Source of the DNA: an uncultured Gemmatimonadales bacterium
Lineage (GTDB): Bacteria; Gemmatimonadota; Gemmatimonadetes; Gemmatimonadales; GWC2-71-9
Reading direction: 5' to 3'
DNA length: 64,000 bases
Assembly (NCBI GenBank): GCA_963730185.1
Contig: CAVSQW010000002.1
Span: 128,001 to 192,000, forward strand
The position numbers were made by a program, and so were the translations under genes. Below the pieces are notes generated by a model that saw nothing but the letters and a program-made list of their open reading frames with translations, had not been told where the DNA came from and ran no database searches. Of the stretch, positions 13,142 to 22,555 are shown piece by piece. The first letter of the stretch is position 1; every line of letters starts with the position of its first letter.

Positions 13142-13651
13142 ATGCCCCTCGAGTGGATCGCGGTGATGCTGGCCCGCGAGCTTCGGACCCTGGCGCGGGA
13201 GCTCGAGGCCTACGGCGACGAGGCCGAGATCTGGGCCACGCCGACCGGCCTGCCCAACTCGGCCGGCACGCTGACCCTCCACCTGTGCGGGAACCTCCAG
13301 CACTTCGTCGGGGCGGTCCTGGGCGGCACCGGGTATGTCCGTCGCCGCGAGGCGGAATTCGGAGCTCGAGGGGTACCCCGCGCCGAGTTGATCGCCCAGG
13401 TGCAGGCCACTATCGGGGCGGTGGAGCAGACCCTCGGCGGCGGTCGGTCCATCGATCTCTCGGCCGAGTTTCCCGATGCCATCGGCGGGAAATTCCGGGT
13501 CACCACCGGCGACTTCCTGATCCACCTGGCCGCGCACCTGGCGTTCCATGTGGGCCAGATCGACTACCACCGTCGGCTGCTCACCGGCTCGCCCGCGAGC
13601 GTGGGGGTCGTCTCGGTGCCGGAGATGGCCACCGCCCGCCCCGCCTCCTGA
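13142..13651 (+). CDS. DinB/DUF1572-like protein
   Basis: NSAGTLTLHLCGNL, RRREAEF and HLAFHVGQIDY. AAGGAG SD upstream. Confidence 0.8.
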   Translation: MPLEWIAVMLARELRTLARELEAYGDEAEIWATPTGLPNSAGTLTLHLCGNLQHFVGAVLGGTGYVRRREAEFGARGVPRAELIAQVQATIGAVEQTLGGGRSIDLSAEFPDAIGGKFRVTTGDFLIHLAAHLAFHVGQIDYHRRLLTGSPASVGVVSVPEMATARPAS

Positions 13652-13722
13652 CCCGGCGGGGCCCCTCCCAGCCCGGCGGGCGCCGATTCCGTTTGGATCA
13701 GCGCCAGCCCGGCGCGGCCAAC

Positions 13723-13751
13723 TTGTTCCCCCGGTCCCGCGCTGCTAACTT
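13723..13751 (+). promoter_or_regulatory. Putative sigma70 promoter of the zinc-ribbon/argS operon
   Basis: TTGTTC-N17-TAACTT with extended -10 TG. Confidence 0.55.
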
Positions 13752-13787
13752 GCTCTGCTGCATTTGCTTAAGCGCTTTCGGGAGCCT

Positions 13788-14141
13788 ATGCCCACCTACG
13801 AGTACCGGTGTGCCAACGGGCACGAGTTCGAGGTGTTCCAGAGGATCAGCGACAAGCCGCGCACCAAGTGTCCGGAGTGCGGTGCGCGGGCCACGCGCAT
13901 GATCTCGGGCGGCGCCGGCCTGATCTTCAAGGGATCCGGGTTCTACATCACCGACTACGGCAAGGACGGGAAGGGCCCACGCCGGGAGCCCGAGAAGTCC
14001 GAGAAGTCCGAGAAGTCCGACCAGGCCGACAAGGCCGAGCCGGCCAAGTCGACCGACAAGACGGAGTCGTCCGGCGGCGGGGCCGCGACGGGCGGCGCCC
14101 CAGCCAAGAAGCCCAAGAAGGGGTCGAAGGACGACACGTGA
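13788..14141 (+). CDS. FmdB-family zinc ribbon protein
   Basis: MPTYEYRCANGH...CPECG...FKGSGFYITDY followed by a low-complexity charged tail. Confidence 0.9.
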   Translation: MPTYEYRCANGHEFEVFQRISDKPRTKCPECGARATRMISGGAGLIFKGSGFYITDYGKDGKGPRREPEKSEKSEKSDQADKAEPAKSTDKTESSGGGAATGGAPAKKPKKGSKDDT

Positions 14142-15775
14142 GCGACGCGATCAAGGCGGAGCTGGACCGGCTGGCCGCCGCCCTCGGCGCGTCCGACGCG
14201 CCGTACGTGCTCGAGCGTCCCCGCGATCAGGGGCACGGTGACCTCGCGACCAATCTCGCGATGGTGCTGGCCAAGGCGCGGAAAACCAATCCCCGGAAGC
14301 TCGCGCAGGAGATCATCGGCTCGCTCACCCTGCCCGACGGGCTGGTCGCCAAGGTGGAGATCGCGGGGCCGGGGTTCATCAACTTCTGGCTGGCCCAGGA
14401 CGCGCTGACCGACGCGCTCCGGGACATCGTCCGGCAGGGCCCGGCGTACGGCCGGTCGACCGGCGGCGCGGGCGTCCGGGTCAACGTCGAGTTCGTGTCG
14501 GCCAACCCGACCGGCCCCCTCCACGTGGGGCACGGTCGCGGGGCGGCCCTCGGCGACGGGATCGCGGCGCTGCTGGAGTGGACCGGCCACGGCGTGACCC
14601 GCGAGTTCTACGTCAACGACGCCGGCACCCAGATCGACAAAATGGCCGCCAGCCTCTGGGCCCGGGTCCAGCAGGCGGTCGGGCGCGACCAGGCGGTGCC
14701 CGAGGGCGGCTACCACGGGGAGTACCTGACCGAGAGCGCGGCCGCCTTGCTGGCCGAGCGGGGCGCGGCCTTCGCCGACCTGGCCGAGGATCAGGGCCTC
14801 GCCGCCTGCCGGGCCTACGGTCTTGCGACGCTCCGAGCCGAGCAGGAGGCGCTGCTGGTGGAGTTCGGGGTCCGGTTCGACCTCTGGACCTCGGAGCAGT
14901 CCCTGTACGACACCGGGAAGGTGGCCACGGCGCTACGCCTCCTCGCCGACCAGGGGCTCACCTACGAGCTCGACGGAGCGCTTTGGCTCCGGACCACGGC
15001 GTTCGGCGACGACAAGGACAGGGTGCTCCGGAAGGGCGACGGTTCCTTCACCTACCTGGTGCCGGACATTGCCTACCACGTCGACAAGTTCGCCCGTGGG
15101 TTCGACCACCTGATCGACGTCTGGGGCGCCGACCATCACGGCTACATCCCCCGGATGCGCGCCGTGCTGATGGCCCTCGGCCATCCGGCCGAGAGCTTCG
15201 AGGTGCCGCTGGTCCAACTCGTGAAGGTGGTGAAGGGCGGCGACGAGGTGAAGATGTCGAAGCGGGCGGGGACGTTCGTGACCCTCCGCGACCTGCTCGA
15301 CGACGTCGGTCCCGACGCGGCGCGCTACTTCTTCCTGATGCGCCGGGGCGACACGCCGTTCGTGTTCGACGTGGACCTGGCCCGGAAGCAGACCGACGAG
15401 AACCCGGTCTTCTACCTCCAGATGGCCCACGCCCGGATGACCGGCATCTTCCGGGTCGCCGAGGTGGCCGTCGACTCCGTCGGCGAGACCGCGCCCCTCG
15501 GCGACCTGCCGGCGCCCGACGACGTGGCGCTCCTCAAGGCCCTTACCCTCTTTCCCGAGACCGTCGCGCGGGCCGCCCGAGACCGGGAGCCGCACCGGGT
15601 TACCGGATACCTCGAGGATCTGGCCCGCCTCGTCCATGGGTGGTATCACAACTGTCGGGTGCTGGGCGAGCCGGCACCGGTCGAACGGGCCCGCCTGGTG
15701 CTGGCCCGGGCGACCCGACAGGTGCTCGCGAACGGCCTCACCTTGCTCGGCCTCAACGCTCCAGACCGGATGTGA
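14138..15775 (+). CDS. argS: Arginine--tRNA ligase
   Basis: HGDLATN, AGPGFIN, VEFVSANPTGPLHVGH, WGADHHGY, KMSKR and NPVFYLQ. Confidence 0.97.
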   Translation: MSDAIKAELDRLAAALGASDAPYVLERPRDQGHGDLATNLAMVLAKARKTNPRKLAQEIIGSLTLPDGLVAKVEIAGPGFINFWLAQDALTDALRDIVRQGPAYGRSTGGAGVRVNVEFVSANPTGPLHVGHGRGAALGDGIAALLEWTGHGVTREFYVNDAGTQIDKMAASLWARVQQAVGRDQAVPEGGYHGEYLTESAAALLAERGAAFADLAEDQGLAACRAYGLATLRAEQEALLVEFGVRFDLWTSEQSLYDTGKVATALRLLADQGLTYELDGALWLRTTAFGDDKDRVLRKGDGSFTYLVPDIAYHVDKFARGFDHLIDVWGADHHGYIPRMRAVLMALGHPAESFEVPLVQLVKVVKGGDEVKMSKRAGTFVTLRDLLDDVGPDAARYFFLMRRGDTPFVFDVDLARKQTDENPVFYLQMAHARMTGIFRVAEVAVDSVGETAPLGDLPAPDDVALLKALTLFPETVARAARDREPHRVTGYLEDLARLVHGWYHNCRVLGEPAPVERARLVLARATRQVLANGLTLLGLNAPDRM

Positions 15776-15779
15776 CGTC

Positions 15780-16700
15780 ATGAGTCTTCTCGTGGTCGGC
15801 AGTGTGGCGCTGGACTCCGTCTACACCCCGTTCGGCGAGACCGCCGACGCGCTGGGCGGATCCGCCGTGTACTTCAGCGTCGCCGCCTCGCTCATCAATC
15901 CGGTCAAGGTGGTCGGGGTCGTGGGCAACGACTACCCCACCCAGGAACTCGACCGCCTGAGCCCGAGAGGGATCGACTGGGCCGGGGTGGAGCGGGTCCA
16001 GGGCGAGAGCTTCCGCTGGAAGGGAAAGTACAGCTACGACCTCCAGAGCCGCGAGACCCTCGAGACCCGGCTCGGCGTGTTCGCCGCCTTCAAGCCCAAG
16101 CTGCCCGACGCCTGGCGCTCGTCGAAGTACCTGTTCCTCGGCAACATCGATCCGACCCTCCAGCTCGACGTGCTCCGCCAGATGAAGGCGCCCAAGCTGG
16201 TCGTCTGCGACACCATGAACTACTGGATCCAGGGGCACCGCGAGATCCTGCTGGAGCTGCTCAAGCTGGTGGACGTGTTGCTGGTGAACGACTCCGAGGC
16301 CCGGGAGCTCTCAGGCGACTGGAACATCCACAAGGCCGGCCGCTGGATCCTGAACCACGGACCCAAGCGGGTGGTGATCAAGCAGGGCGAATACGGCGCG
16401 CTCCTGGTGGAGCCGGGGCGGACGTTCTACGTGCCGGCCTATCCGCTGGAGGAGGTGTTCGACCCGACCGGCGCCGGCGACGCCTTCGCGGGCGGGTTCA
16501 TGGGGTACTTGGCCCGGGCCGACTCCACCGCGCCGGAGCAGCTCCGCCGGGCGATGGTCTACGGCTCGGCGATGGGGTCGTTCGCGGTCGAGGGCTTCGG
16601 GATCCGGGGCTTCGAGGGCGTCGAGCAAGCGACGGTGCAGAAGCGGGTCCAAGCCTTCGTCGACCTCACCCACGTGCCCTCGGCGGAGCCGCTCCCGTGA
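15780..16700 (+). CDS. PfkB-family carbohydrate/nucleoside kinase
   Basis: VGSVALD, GGSA and DPTGAGDAFAGG PfkB signature. Confidence 0.9.
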   Translation: MSLLVVGSVALDSVYTPFGETADALGGSAVYFSVAASLINPVKVVGVVGNDYPTQELDRLSPRGIDWAGVERVQGESFRWKGKYSYDLQSRETLETRLGVFAAFKPKLPDAWRSSKYLFLGNIDPTLQLDVLRQMKAPKLVVCDTMNYWIQGHREILLELLKLVDVLLVNDSEARELSGDWNIHKAGRWILNHGPKRVVIKQGEYGALLVEPGRTFYVPAYPLEEVFDPTGAGDAFAGGFMGYLARADSTAPEQLRRAMVYGSAMGSFAVEGFGIRGFEGVEQATVQKRVQAFVDLTHVPSAEPLP

Positions 16701-17719
16701 CCGACCGTCAGTACGCCGCCGCCGGGGTCGACATCCGGCAGCTGGATTCCGCCAAGCGCCGGATCGGGACGGCGGTCGAGAGTACCCGCACCGCGTTGTC
16801 GTTAGGCAGGACCGGGGCCTTCGGCGGGATGATTCGGGTGCCCGACGGCTACCGGCGGCCGGTGCTGGTGATGAGCACCGACAGCGTGGGCACCAAGGTG
16901 CTGGTGGCCCGCCAAGCCGGGGTCTTCGACACCGTCGGCGAAGACCTGGTCAACCACAGCGTCAACGACATTCTGGTTCATGCCGCCCAGCCGATCGCCT
17001 TCCAGGACTATATCGGGAGCAACGGGCTCACCGAGGCCCAGCTGGCCGACCTGGTGGTCGGGGTGGCGCGGGGCTGCCGGGCCCATGGGATGGCCCTGAC
17101 GGGCGGCGAGACCGCCGCCTTGCCGGACATCTACGCCCCCGGCGACTTCGACCTGGCCGGAACGATTGTCGGGGTGGTGGAGGAATCTTCCGCCCTCCAC
17201 GGCGACCGGATCGCCTCGGGCGACGTCCTGATCGGATACCAGTCGTCGGGGCTCCACACCAACGGCTATACCCTGGCTCGGAAGATCCTGTTCGACCGGC
17301 TCAAACTCACTGTCGATTCGCCACTTAGCGATACCGGGACGACCGTCGGGGAGGCCCTGCTGGCGGTTCATCGGAGCTACCTCGCGGCCCTCCGGCCGGT
17401 GTTCGATCTGGTCCACGGCCTTGCCCACATCACCGGTGGCGGGCTGGCCGGAAACCTGGTCCGCATATTGCCCCCCGACACCGCGGCGGTCATCGAGTCC
17501 GGGTCGTGGACTTGGCCGCCGCTCTTCACCCTGCTCATGCAGGCCGGCCAGGTCGGTCTGGACGAGATGCGTGAGGTGTTCAATCTCGGCGCCGGCATGG
17601 TGACGGTGGTCCCCGCGAACGCGGTGGACCGGGTCAGGGCCGCGGCGACCGAGGCCGGGGTCCCGACCTGGGTCGCGGGCGCGATCCGCGCCGGGCCGAC
17701 GGGAGTCGAATTCACCTGA
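16697..17719 (+). CDS. purM: Phosphoribosylformylglycinamidine cyclo-ligase
   Basis: YAAAGVD, TDSVGTK, GGETA, SSGLHTNGY, AHITGGG and VFNLG. Confidence 0.96.
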   Translation: MTDRQYAAAGVDIRQLDSAKRRIGTAVESTRTALSLGRTGAFGGMIRVPDGYRRPVLVMSTDSVGTKVLVARQAGVFDTVGEDLVNHSVNDILVHAAQPIAFQDYIGSNGLTEAQLADLVVGVARGCRAHGMALTGGETAALPDIYAPGDFDLAGTIVGVVEESSALHGDRIASGDVLIGYQSSGLHTNGYTLARKILFDRLKLTVDSPLSDTGTTVGEALLAVHRSYLAALRPVFDLVHGLAHITGGGLAGNLVRILPPDTAAVIESGSWTWPPLFTLLMQAGQVGLDEMREVFNLGAGMVTVVPANAVDRVRAAATEAGVPTWVAGAIRAGPTGVEFT

Positions 17720-17729
17720 CGGGGGGGCA

Positions 17730-18716
17730 ATGCGGCATCGGGGGCGGCTCTGGCGGATGGTGGCAGTGGCTGGAATCGCCCTCGGGCCGAGCGCCGCGGG
17801 GGCCCAGACCGGGTCGACGGCCACGCCGCATCCGTGCGATGCCCAGGCCGATGCCACCCTCAAAGTCTGTCGGGCCGCCTACGACGCGATGTCGTGGATG
17901 TTGCCCGCGGCCGGGGTCGCGGCCGGCGGCGGCAATCCGGGGCTCGGCACCGCGGCCGGCTCCCACGGGTTCGGCGACGTCAGCCTGACCTTCCGCACCA
18001 CCTACACCTCGGTCGTCCTTCCCTCGACCGTCTATGACGGCTCGAGCGACACGGTCCGCGCCGACGCCCGCTTCCCCATTCTCGGACCGCGGGTCGATTT
18101 CCGGCTCGGCCTCCTGAGCAAGGCGCTGCCCGTCGGCACGATCTCGGCCGATTTTCTCGGCAGCGTGCTGGTGTTCCCCAAGTCGGCCACTCAACGGATC
18201 CGATTCGGCTCCGACGTCCGATCCGTCGGGGGGGCGGCCCTGGGCTTCGGCTACGGTCTCCGGATCGCGATGCAGCCCAAAGGCCCGATGCCGGTAGTCA
18301 GCCTCAACGTGGCCCGGAACGGCTTGCCCGCGTTCAGCTACGGCGATCTCTCCCTCGGCAGCAGCTACGCCTACACCCTCGGCGTCTCCGCCATCGACGT
18401 GCGGCTCCTGGTGGGGCGGCGGTTCGGCGCGCTGGAGCTCACCGCGGGCGGCGGGGTCGACCTGCTCAAGGGCCAGTACTCCGTGTCCTACGTCGACCCG
18501 GCCGACAGCTCGCTCGTGCCCCGGGCCGACTCCAGCCTGTCGGCCATGCGGATCCAGACCCTGGCCAACGCCTCGCTCGTGCTGGGCTTCTTCCGTCTCT
18601 CGGTGGAAGGCGGCTTCCAGGTCGGCAAGGACGAGAAGCTCACCACCCTCTTCGAAAGCAACAACACTCGGTCGGGCCGGTTCTTCGGCGGCGTGGGTCT
18701 CGGGTTTAAACTGTAG
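17730..18716 (+). CDS. Hypothetical exported protein, probable outer-membrane beta-barrel
   Basis: Signal peptide, alternating hydrophobic strands and C-terminus FFGGVGLGFKL. Confidence 0.65.
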   Translation: MRHRGRLWRMVAVAGIALGPSAAGAQTGSTATPHPCDAQADATLKVCRAAYDAMSWMLPAAGVAAGGGNPGLGTAAGSHGFGDVSLTFRTTYTSVVLPSTVYDGSSDTVRADARFPILGPRVDFRLGLLSKALPVGTISADFLGSVLVFPKSATQRIRFGSDVRSVGGAALGFGYGLRIAMQPKGPMPVVSLNVARNGLPAFSYGDLSLGSSYAYTLGVSAIDVRLLVGRRFGALELTAGGGVDLLKGQYSVSYVDPADSSLVPRADSSLSAMRIQTLANASLVLGFFRLSVEGGFQVGKDEKLTTLFESNNTRSGRFFGGVGLGFKL

Positions 18717-18718
18717 GC

Positions 18719-19786
18719 GTGACCGAAACCCAGGCGATGCAGCGCGCCCTCGATCTCGCCCATCGAGGGTGGGGACGCGTCCATCCGAACCCGATGGTCG
18801 GGGCCGTCGTGCTCGGCCCCGAGGGCGAGGTGGGCGAGGGCTTCCACGGCGAGTTCGGTGGCCCGCACGCCGAAGCGGTGGCGCTGGCTCGGGCCGGGGA
18901 GCGGGCTCGGGGCGGCACCCTGGTCGTCACCCTCGAGCCCTGCCGCCAGGTCGCGAAGCAGCCGGCCTGCGTCGGCCTGGTCGTCGCGAGTGGCGTCCGT
19001 CGGGTGGTGATCGCCGCCCGCGACCGGACCGAGAGCGGCGGCGGGGCGGAGCTGCTCCGCCAGCGCGGGCTGGAGGTGGATGTCGGGCTCCTCGGCGACA
19101 AGGCGGAGCGGCTCAACGCGATCTTCAACCACCAGGCCGCCGGCGCCCGCCGCCCGTTCGTGGCGGTCAAGCTCGCTACCTCGATCGATCACCGGATCGC
19201 CGACAGCGCCGGGATCTCGCGCTGGATCTCCGGCGACGCCGCCCGTGACTTCGTGCACTGGCACCGGGCCGGGTTCGACGCCATCGCGGTCGGTGGGAAG
19301 ACGGCGGTCATCGACAATCCCGCCCTCACCGTTCGAGGGTCCGTGGACCCGCGCCGGCCGCCGAAGCGGGTGGTGTTCCTCGGGTCGCGCCGGCTCCCGG
19401 CCGAGGGCACCCTGGTTCGGACGGCCCGAGTGATCCCGACGCTGGTCGTGACCGCCGCGCCCCGCGGGCCCGACGCCGACGCCCTCCGCGGCCACGGGGT
19501 CGAGATCGTCGGCGCCGGCTCGCTCGCCGAGGGGCTCGAGCGGCTCCACGGGCTGGGGATCGGGTCGATGGTGGTCGAAGGCGGCGGCCGACTGGCCGGC
19601 GCCCTCCTCGCCGCCGGCCTGGTCGATCGGTTCGTCTGGGTGGTGAGCCCGGTCTGGCTGGGCGACCGGGGGATTCCCGCGACGCGGGGGTACGAGGTGC
19701 CCTCGCTGGTTCAGGCGGAGCGGTGGACCCTGGTCGATCGCAAGGGCCTCGACCAGGACACGCTCCTCGTCTTCGACCGCCGCTGA
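18719..19786 (+). CDS. ribD: Riboflavin biosynthesis deaminase/reductase
   Basis: PNPMVG, HAE, TLEPC...PAC, SRWIS, DNPALTVR and VEGGG. Confidence 0.95.
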   Translation: MTETQAMQRALDLAHRGWGRVHPNPMVGAVVLGPEGEVGEGFHGEFGGPHAEAVALARAGERARGGTLVVTLEPCRQVAKQPACVGLVVASGVRRVVIAARDRTESGGGAELLRQRGLEVDVGLLGDKAERLNAIFNHQAAGARRPFVAVKLATSIDHRIADSAGISRWISGDAARDFVHWHRAGFDAIAVGGKTAVIDNPALTVRGSVDPRRPPKRVVFLGSRRLPAEGTLVRTARVIPTLVVTAAPRGPDADALRGHGVEIVGAGSLAEGLERLHGLGIGSMVVEGGGRLAGALLAAGLVDRFVWVVSPVWLGDRGIPATRGYEVPSLVQAERWTLVDRKGLDQDTLLVFDRR

Positions 19787-19788
19787 CC

Positions 19789-20406
19789 GTGTTCACCGGC
19801 ATCGTCACCGCGGTCGGCACGGTCCGGCGTCGGACGGCCGACCGGGCCGGCGGGGTGGACCTGACCATCGCGGCGCCCTGGCGGGGGCTCGCGCTGGGCG
19901 AGAGCATCGCGGTCGACGGTGCCTGCCTCACGGTGGCGGCGCGGGGACGCGGCTGGTTCCGGGTGCACGCGATCGCCACGACCCTCCGGCGGACGCTCCT
20001 CGGAACGCTCGCGACCGGCGACCGGGTCAATCTGGAGCGGGCCCTCAAGGCCGGCGACCGGCTCGGGGGGCACCTGGTCCAGGGGCACGTCGACGGCGTG
20101 GCCCGGGTGGCTCGGACCGTCACCGAGGGCGACGCCCAGCTGGTCGACCTGGCGGTCCCGGCCGGGGTGGCTCGGGTCTCGGTGCCGCTGGGCTCGATCA
20201 CGGTCGCCGGCGTGAGCCTGACGGTGAATGCCATCCCCCGGGCGGGTATTATTCAGATCTCGCTGATCCCATACACCCGGGATCACACGACGCTGGGCGC
20301 GCTCCGGCGGGGCGATCGGGTCCACGTCGAGGGCGACCTGATCGGCAAGTACGTGCGGGAGCTGGTCGAGCGTCGACCGGCACCGCGAGCGAAACGCGCC
20401 CGGTAG
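19789..20406 (+). CDS. ribE: Riboflavin synthase
   Basis: (M)FTGIV N-terminus, SIAVDGACLTV, VNLERA and GGHLVQGHVDG. Confidence 0.95.
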   Translation: MFTGIVTAVGTVRRRTADRAGGVDLTIAAPWRGLALGESIAVDGACLTVAARGRGWFRVHAIATTLRRTLLGTLATGDRVNLERALKAGDRLGGHLVQGHVDGVARVARTVTEGDAQLVDLAVPAGVARVSVPLGSITVAGVSLTVNAIPRAGIIQISLIPYTRDHTTLGALRRGDRVHVEGDLIGKYVRELVERRPAPRAKRAR

Positions 20407-20417
20407 GAGCAGAGCCG

Positions 20418-21617
20418 TTGGACACGATAGAGCAGGCGATCGAGGATCTCCGGAACGGCAAGCTGATCATCGTCGCGGACGACGAGGATCGGGAGAACGA
20501 GGGCGACCTGGTGGCCGCCGCTGAGCTCGTCACCCCCGATCTCGTCAATTTCATGACGCTGCACGGGCGGGGACTGATCTGTCTCACCCTGACCCCCGAC
20601 CGCTGCGACCAGCTCGGACTCGGCCTGATGACGGCGGAGAACACCGAGCAGATGGGCACCGCGTTCACGGTGAGCATCGACGCCGAGCGGAAGTACGGCG
20701 TGACCACCGGGATCAGCGCGGCCGATCGGGCCCGGACGATCCACGTGGCCCTCCGCCCGGACACCACCCGCGAGGACCTCCGCCGGCCGGGGCACGTCTT
20801 TCCCCTCCGGGCCCGGCCCGGCGGCGTGCTGCAGCGGGTCGGGCAGACGGAGGCGAGCGTCGATCTGGCCCGGCTGGCGGGGCTGGCCCCGGCCGGCGTG
20901 ATCTGCGAGATCCTCAATCCCGACGGCACCATGGCTCGGCGGGCCGAGCTGGCCGAGTTCGCGAAGGAGCAGGGACTCGCCTTCGTGACGGTGGCCCAGC
21001 TGGTGGCGCACCGGCTCCAGACCGAGCGGCTGGTGCATCGGGTGGCCCAGGCGGCGCTCCCCACCGACTACGGCGAGTTCCGGATCATCGGCTACCGGAA
21101 CGACGTGGACGAGGCCGAGCACGTGGCGCTGGTCTACGGCGAGGTGTCGGGTGAAGCCGACGTTCTGGTGCGGATGCACTCCAAGTGCCTGACCGGCGAC
21201 GTCTTTCATTCCCGCCGCTGCGACTGCGGCGCCCAGCTCGAGGCGGCGATGCGCCTGGTGGCCGACGCCGGCCGGGGCGCGATCGTCTACCTCGACCAGG
21301 AAGGCCGGGGCATCGGCCTCCTCAACAAGCTCCGCGCCTACGAGTTCCAGGACCGCGGCGACGACACCGTCCGGGCCAACCAGCGGCTCGGCTTCGGCCC
21401 CGACCTCCGGAATTACGGGATCGGCGCCCAGATCCTTCGCGATCTCGGACTTTCCACCATTCGACTGATGACCAACAATCCCCGGAAGGTGGTCGGCCTC
21501 GACGGGTACGGCCTCGAGATCGTGGAACGGGTGCCGCTCGAGCTGCCCGCCAACGACGACAACCGGGCCTACCTCGCCGCCAAGCGGGACCTCCTCGGAC
21601 ATCTGATCGGGCACTAG
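20418..21617 (+). CDS. ribBA: Bifunctional DHBP synthase / GTP cyclohydrolase II
   Basis: DDEDRENEGD, TTGISA, RPGHVFPL, RMHSKCLTGD, RCDCG, QEGRGIG and LMTNNP. Confidence 0.96.
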   Translation: MDTIEQAIEDLRNGKLIIVADDEDRENEGDLVAAAELVTPDLVNFMTLHGRGLICLTLTPDRCDQLGLGLMTAENTEQMGTAFTVSIDAERKYGVTTGISAADRARTIHVALRPDTTREDLRRPGHVFPLRARPGGVLQRVGQTEASVDLARLAGLAPAGVICEILNPDGTMARRAELAEFAKEQGLAFVTVAQLVAHRLQTERLVHRVAQAALPTDYGEFRIIGYRNDVDEAEHVALVYGEVSGEADVLVRMHSKCLTGDVFHSRRCDCGAQLEAAMRLVADAGRGAIVYLDQEGRGIGLLNKLRAYEFQDRGDDTVRANQRLGFGPDLRNYGIGAQILRDLGLSTIRLMTNNPRKVVGLDGYGLEIVERVPLELPANDDNRAYLAAKRDLLGHLIGH

Positions 21618-21621
21618 ACAT

Positions 21622-21659
21622 GGACGGCTGGACGGGCGGACGGCTGGACGGGAACGGGA
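21622..21659 (+). repeat. Tandem octamer repeat GGACGGNN x4
   Basis: GGACGGCT GGACGGGC GGACGGCT GGACGGGA ACGGGA between ribBA and ribH. Confidence 0.8.
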
Positions 21660-21678
21660 GCACCGATCCGGGGGGACG

Positions 21679-22158
21679 ATGGCGGAGCTGAGTGGGGCGC
21701 TGAGCAATCCCGGGCGGGTGGCGATCGTGGTGAGCCGCTATCACGAGCGGATCACCGCTCGTCTCCTTGCCGGGGCGCGCGAGTGCTGCCGTCAGGCCGG
21801 CCTGGAGGACGATGCCGTCGACGTGCTCTGGGTGCCGGGCGCGTTCGAGCTCGGTGTGGCGACCGCCGCCGCGGCGGCCAGCGGCCGGTACGGCGCCCTG
21901 GTGGCGCTGGGGGTCGTGGTCCGGGGCGAGACGCCCCACTTCGATTTCGTGGCGAGTGAGGCGACCCGGTCGTTAGGCAGCGTGGCGGTGGGCCACCGGC
22001 GGCCGGTGGGATTCGGCCTCCTCACCGTCGACACCATGGCCCAGGCGGAGGCCCGGGCCGGCGGTGACCAAGGCAACAAGGGATTCGAGGCGGCGGACGC
22101 CGCGCTTCGGACCGCCGACCTCCTCCGCCGGCTCGAGGCCGCCGATGCTCAGGGTTGA
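21679..22158 (+). CDS. ribH: 6,7-dimethyl-8-ribityllumazine synthase
   Basis: VPGAFEL, GVVVRGETPHF and GNKG. Confidence 0.95.
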   Translation: MAELSGALSNPGRVAIVVSRYHERITARLLAGARECCRQAGLEDDAVDVLWVPGAFELGVATAAAAASGRYGALVALGVVVRGETPHFDFVASEATRSLGSVAVGHRRPVGFGLLTVDTMAQAEARAGGDQGNKGFEAADAALRTADLLRRLEAADAQG

Positions 22159-22555
22159 GACCCGCGGCCGGGCCCGGGCGCTCCAGCTGCTCTACGCCTG
22201 GGACACGACGGGCCGGGCCATCGACCAACTGGTGCCCGGGCTGGCCCGGATCACCGGTCCCGAGCCCAAGGCGCTCGACCTGGCTGAGGCCCTGGCCGCC
22301 GGCGTGGCGGGGGAGCGGAGCGGGCTCGACGCGCATCTCGCCCGCGCGACCGAGCGGTGGCGGTTGGAGCGGCTGGCCGTGATCGACCGCAACATCCTCC
22401 GGATCGCCACCTACGAGCTGGCGCACGATCTGGTCCCTGGGAAGGTTGCCATCGACGAGGCGCTCTGGTTGGCGCACCGCTTCGGCACTCCGGAGTCGCC
22501 GGGGTTCGTCAACGGCGTACTCGACCGGGTGGCGCGCGACCTCGGACGGCTGTGA
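22145..22555 (+). CDS. nusB: Transcription antitermination factor
   Basis: RARALQLLY, WRLERLAVIDRNILR, VAIDEA and FVNGVLD. Usual position after ribH. Confidence 0.93.
   Translation: MLRVETRGRARALQLLYAWDTTGRAIDQLVPGLARITGPEPKALDLAEALAAGVAGERSGLDAHLARATERWRLERLAVIDRNILRIATYELAHDLVPGKVAIDEALWLAHRFGTPESPGFVNGVLDRVARDLGRL

Noticed and set aside
13990..14020. 9-nt tandem repeat CCGAGAAGT x3
   Set aside because: It encodes an EKS low-complexity tail of the kind common in FmdB-family proteins.
21618..21678. FMN riboswitch in or before the rib genes
   Set aside because: No RFN motifs; ribD starts 2 nt after the upstream gene and this gap holds only the octamer repeat.
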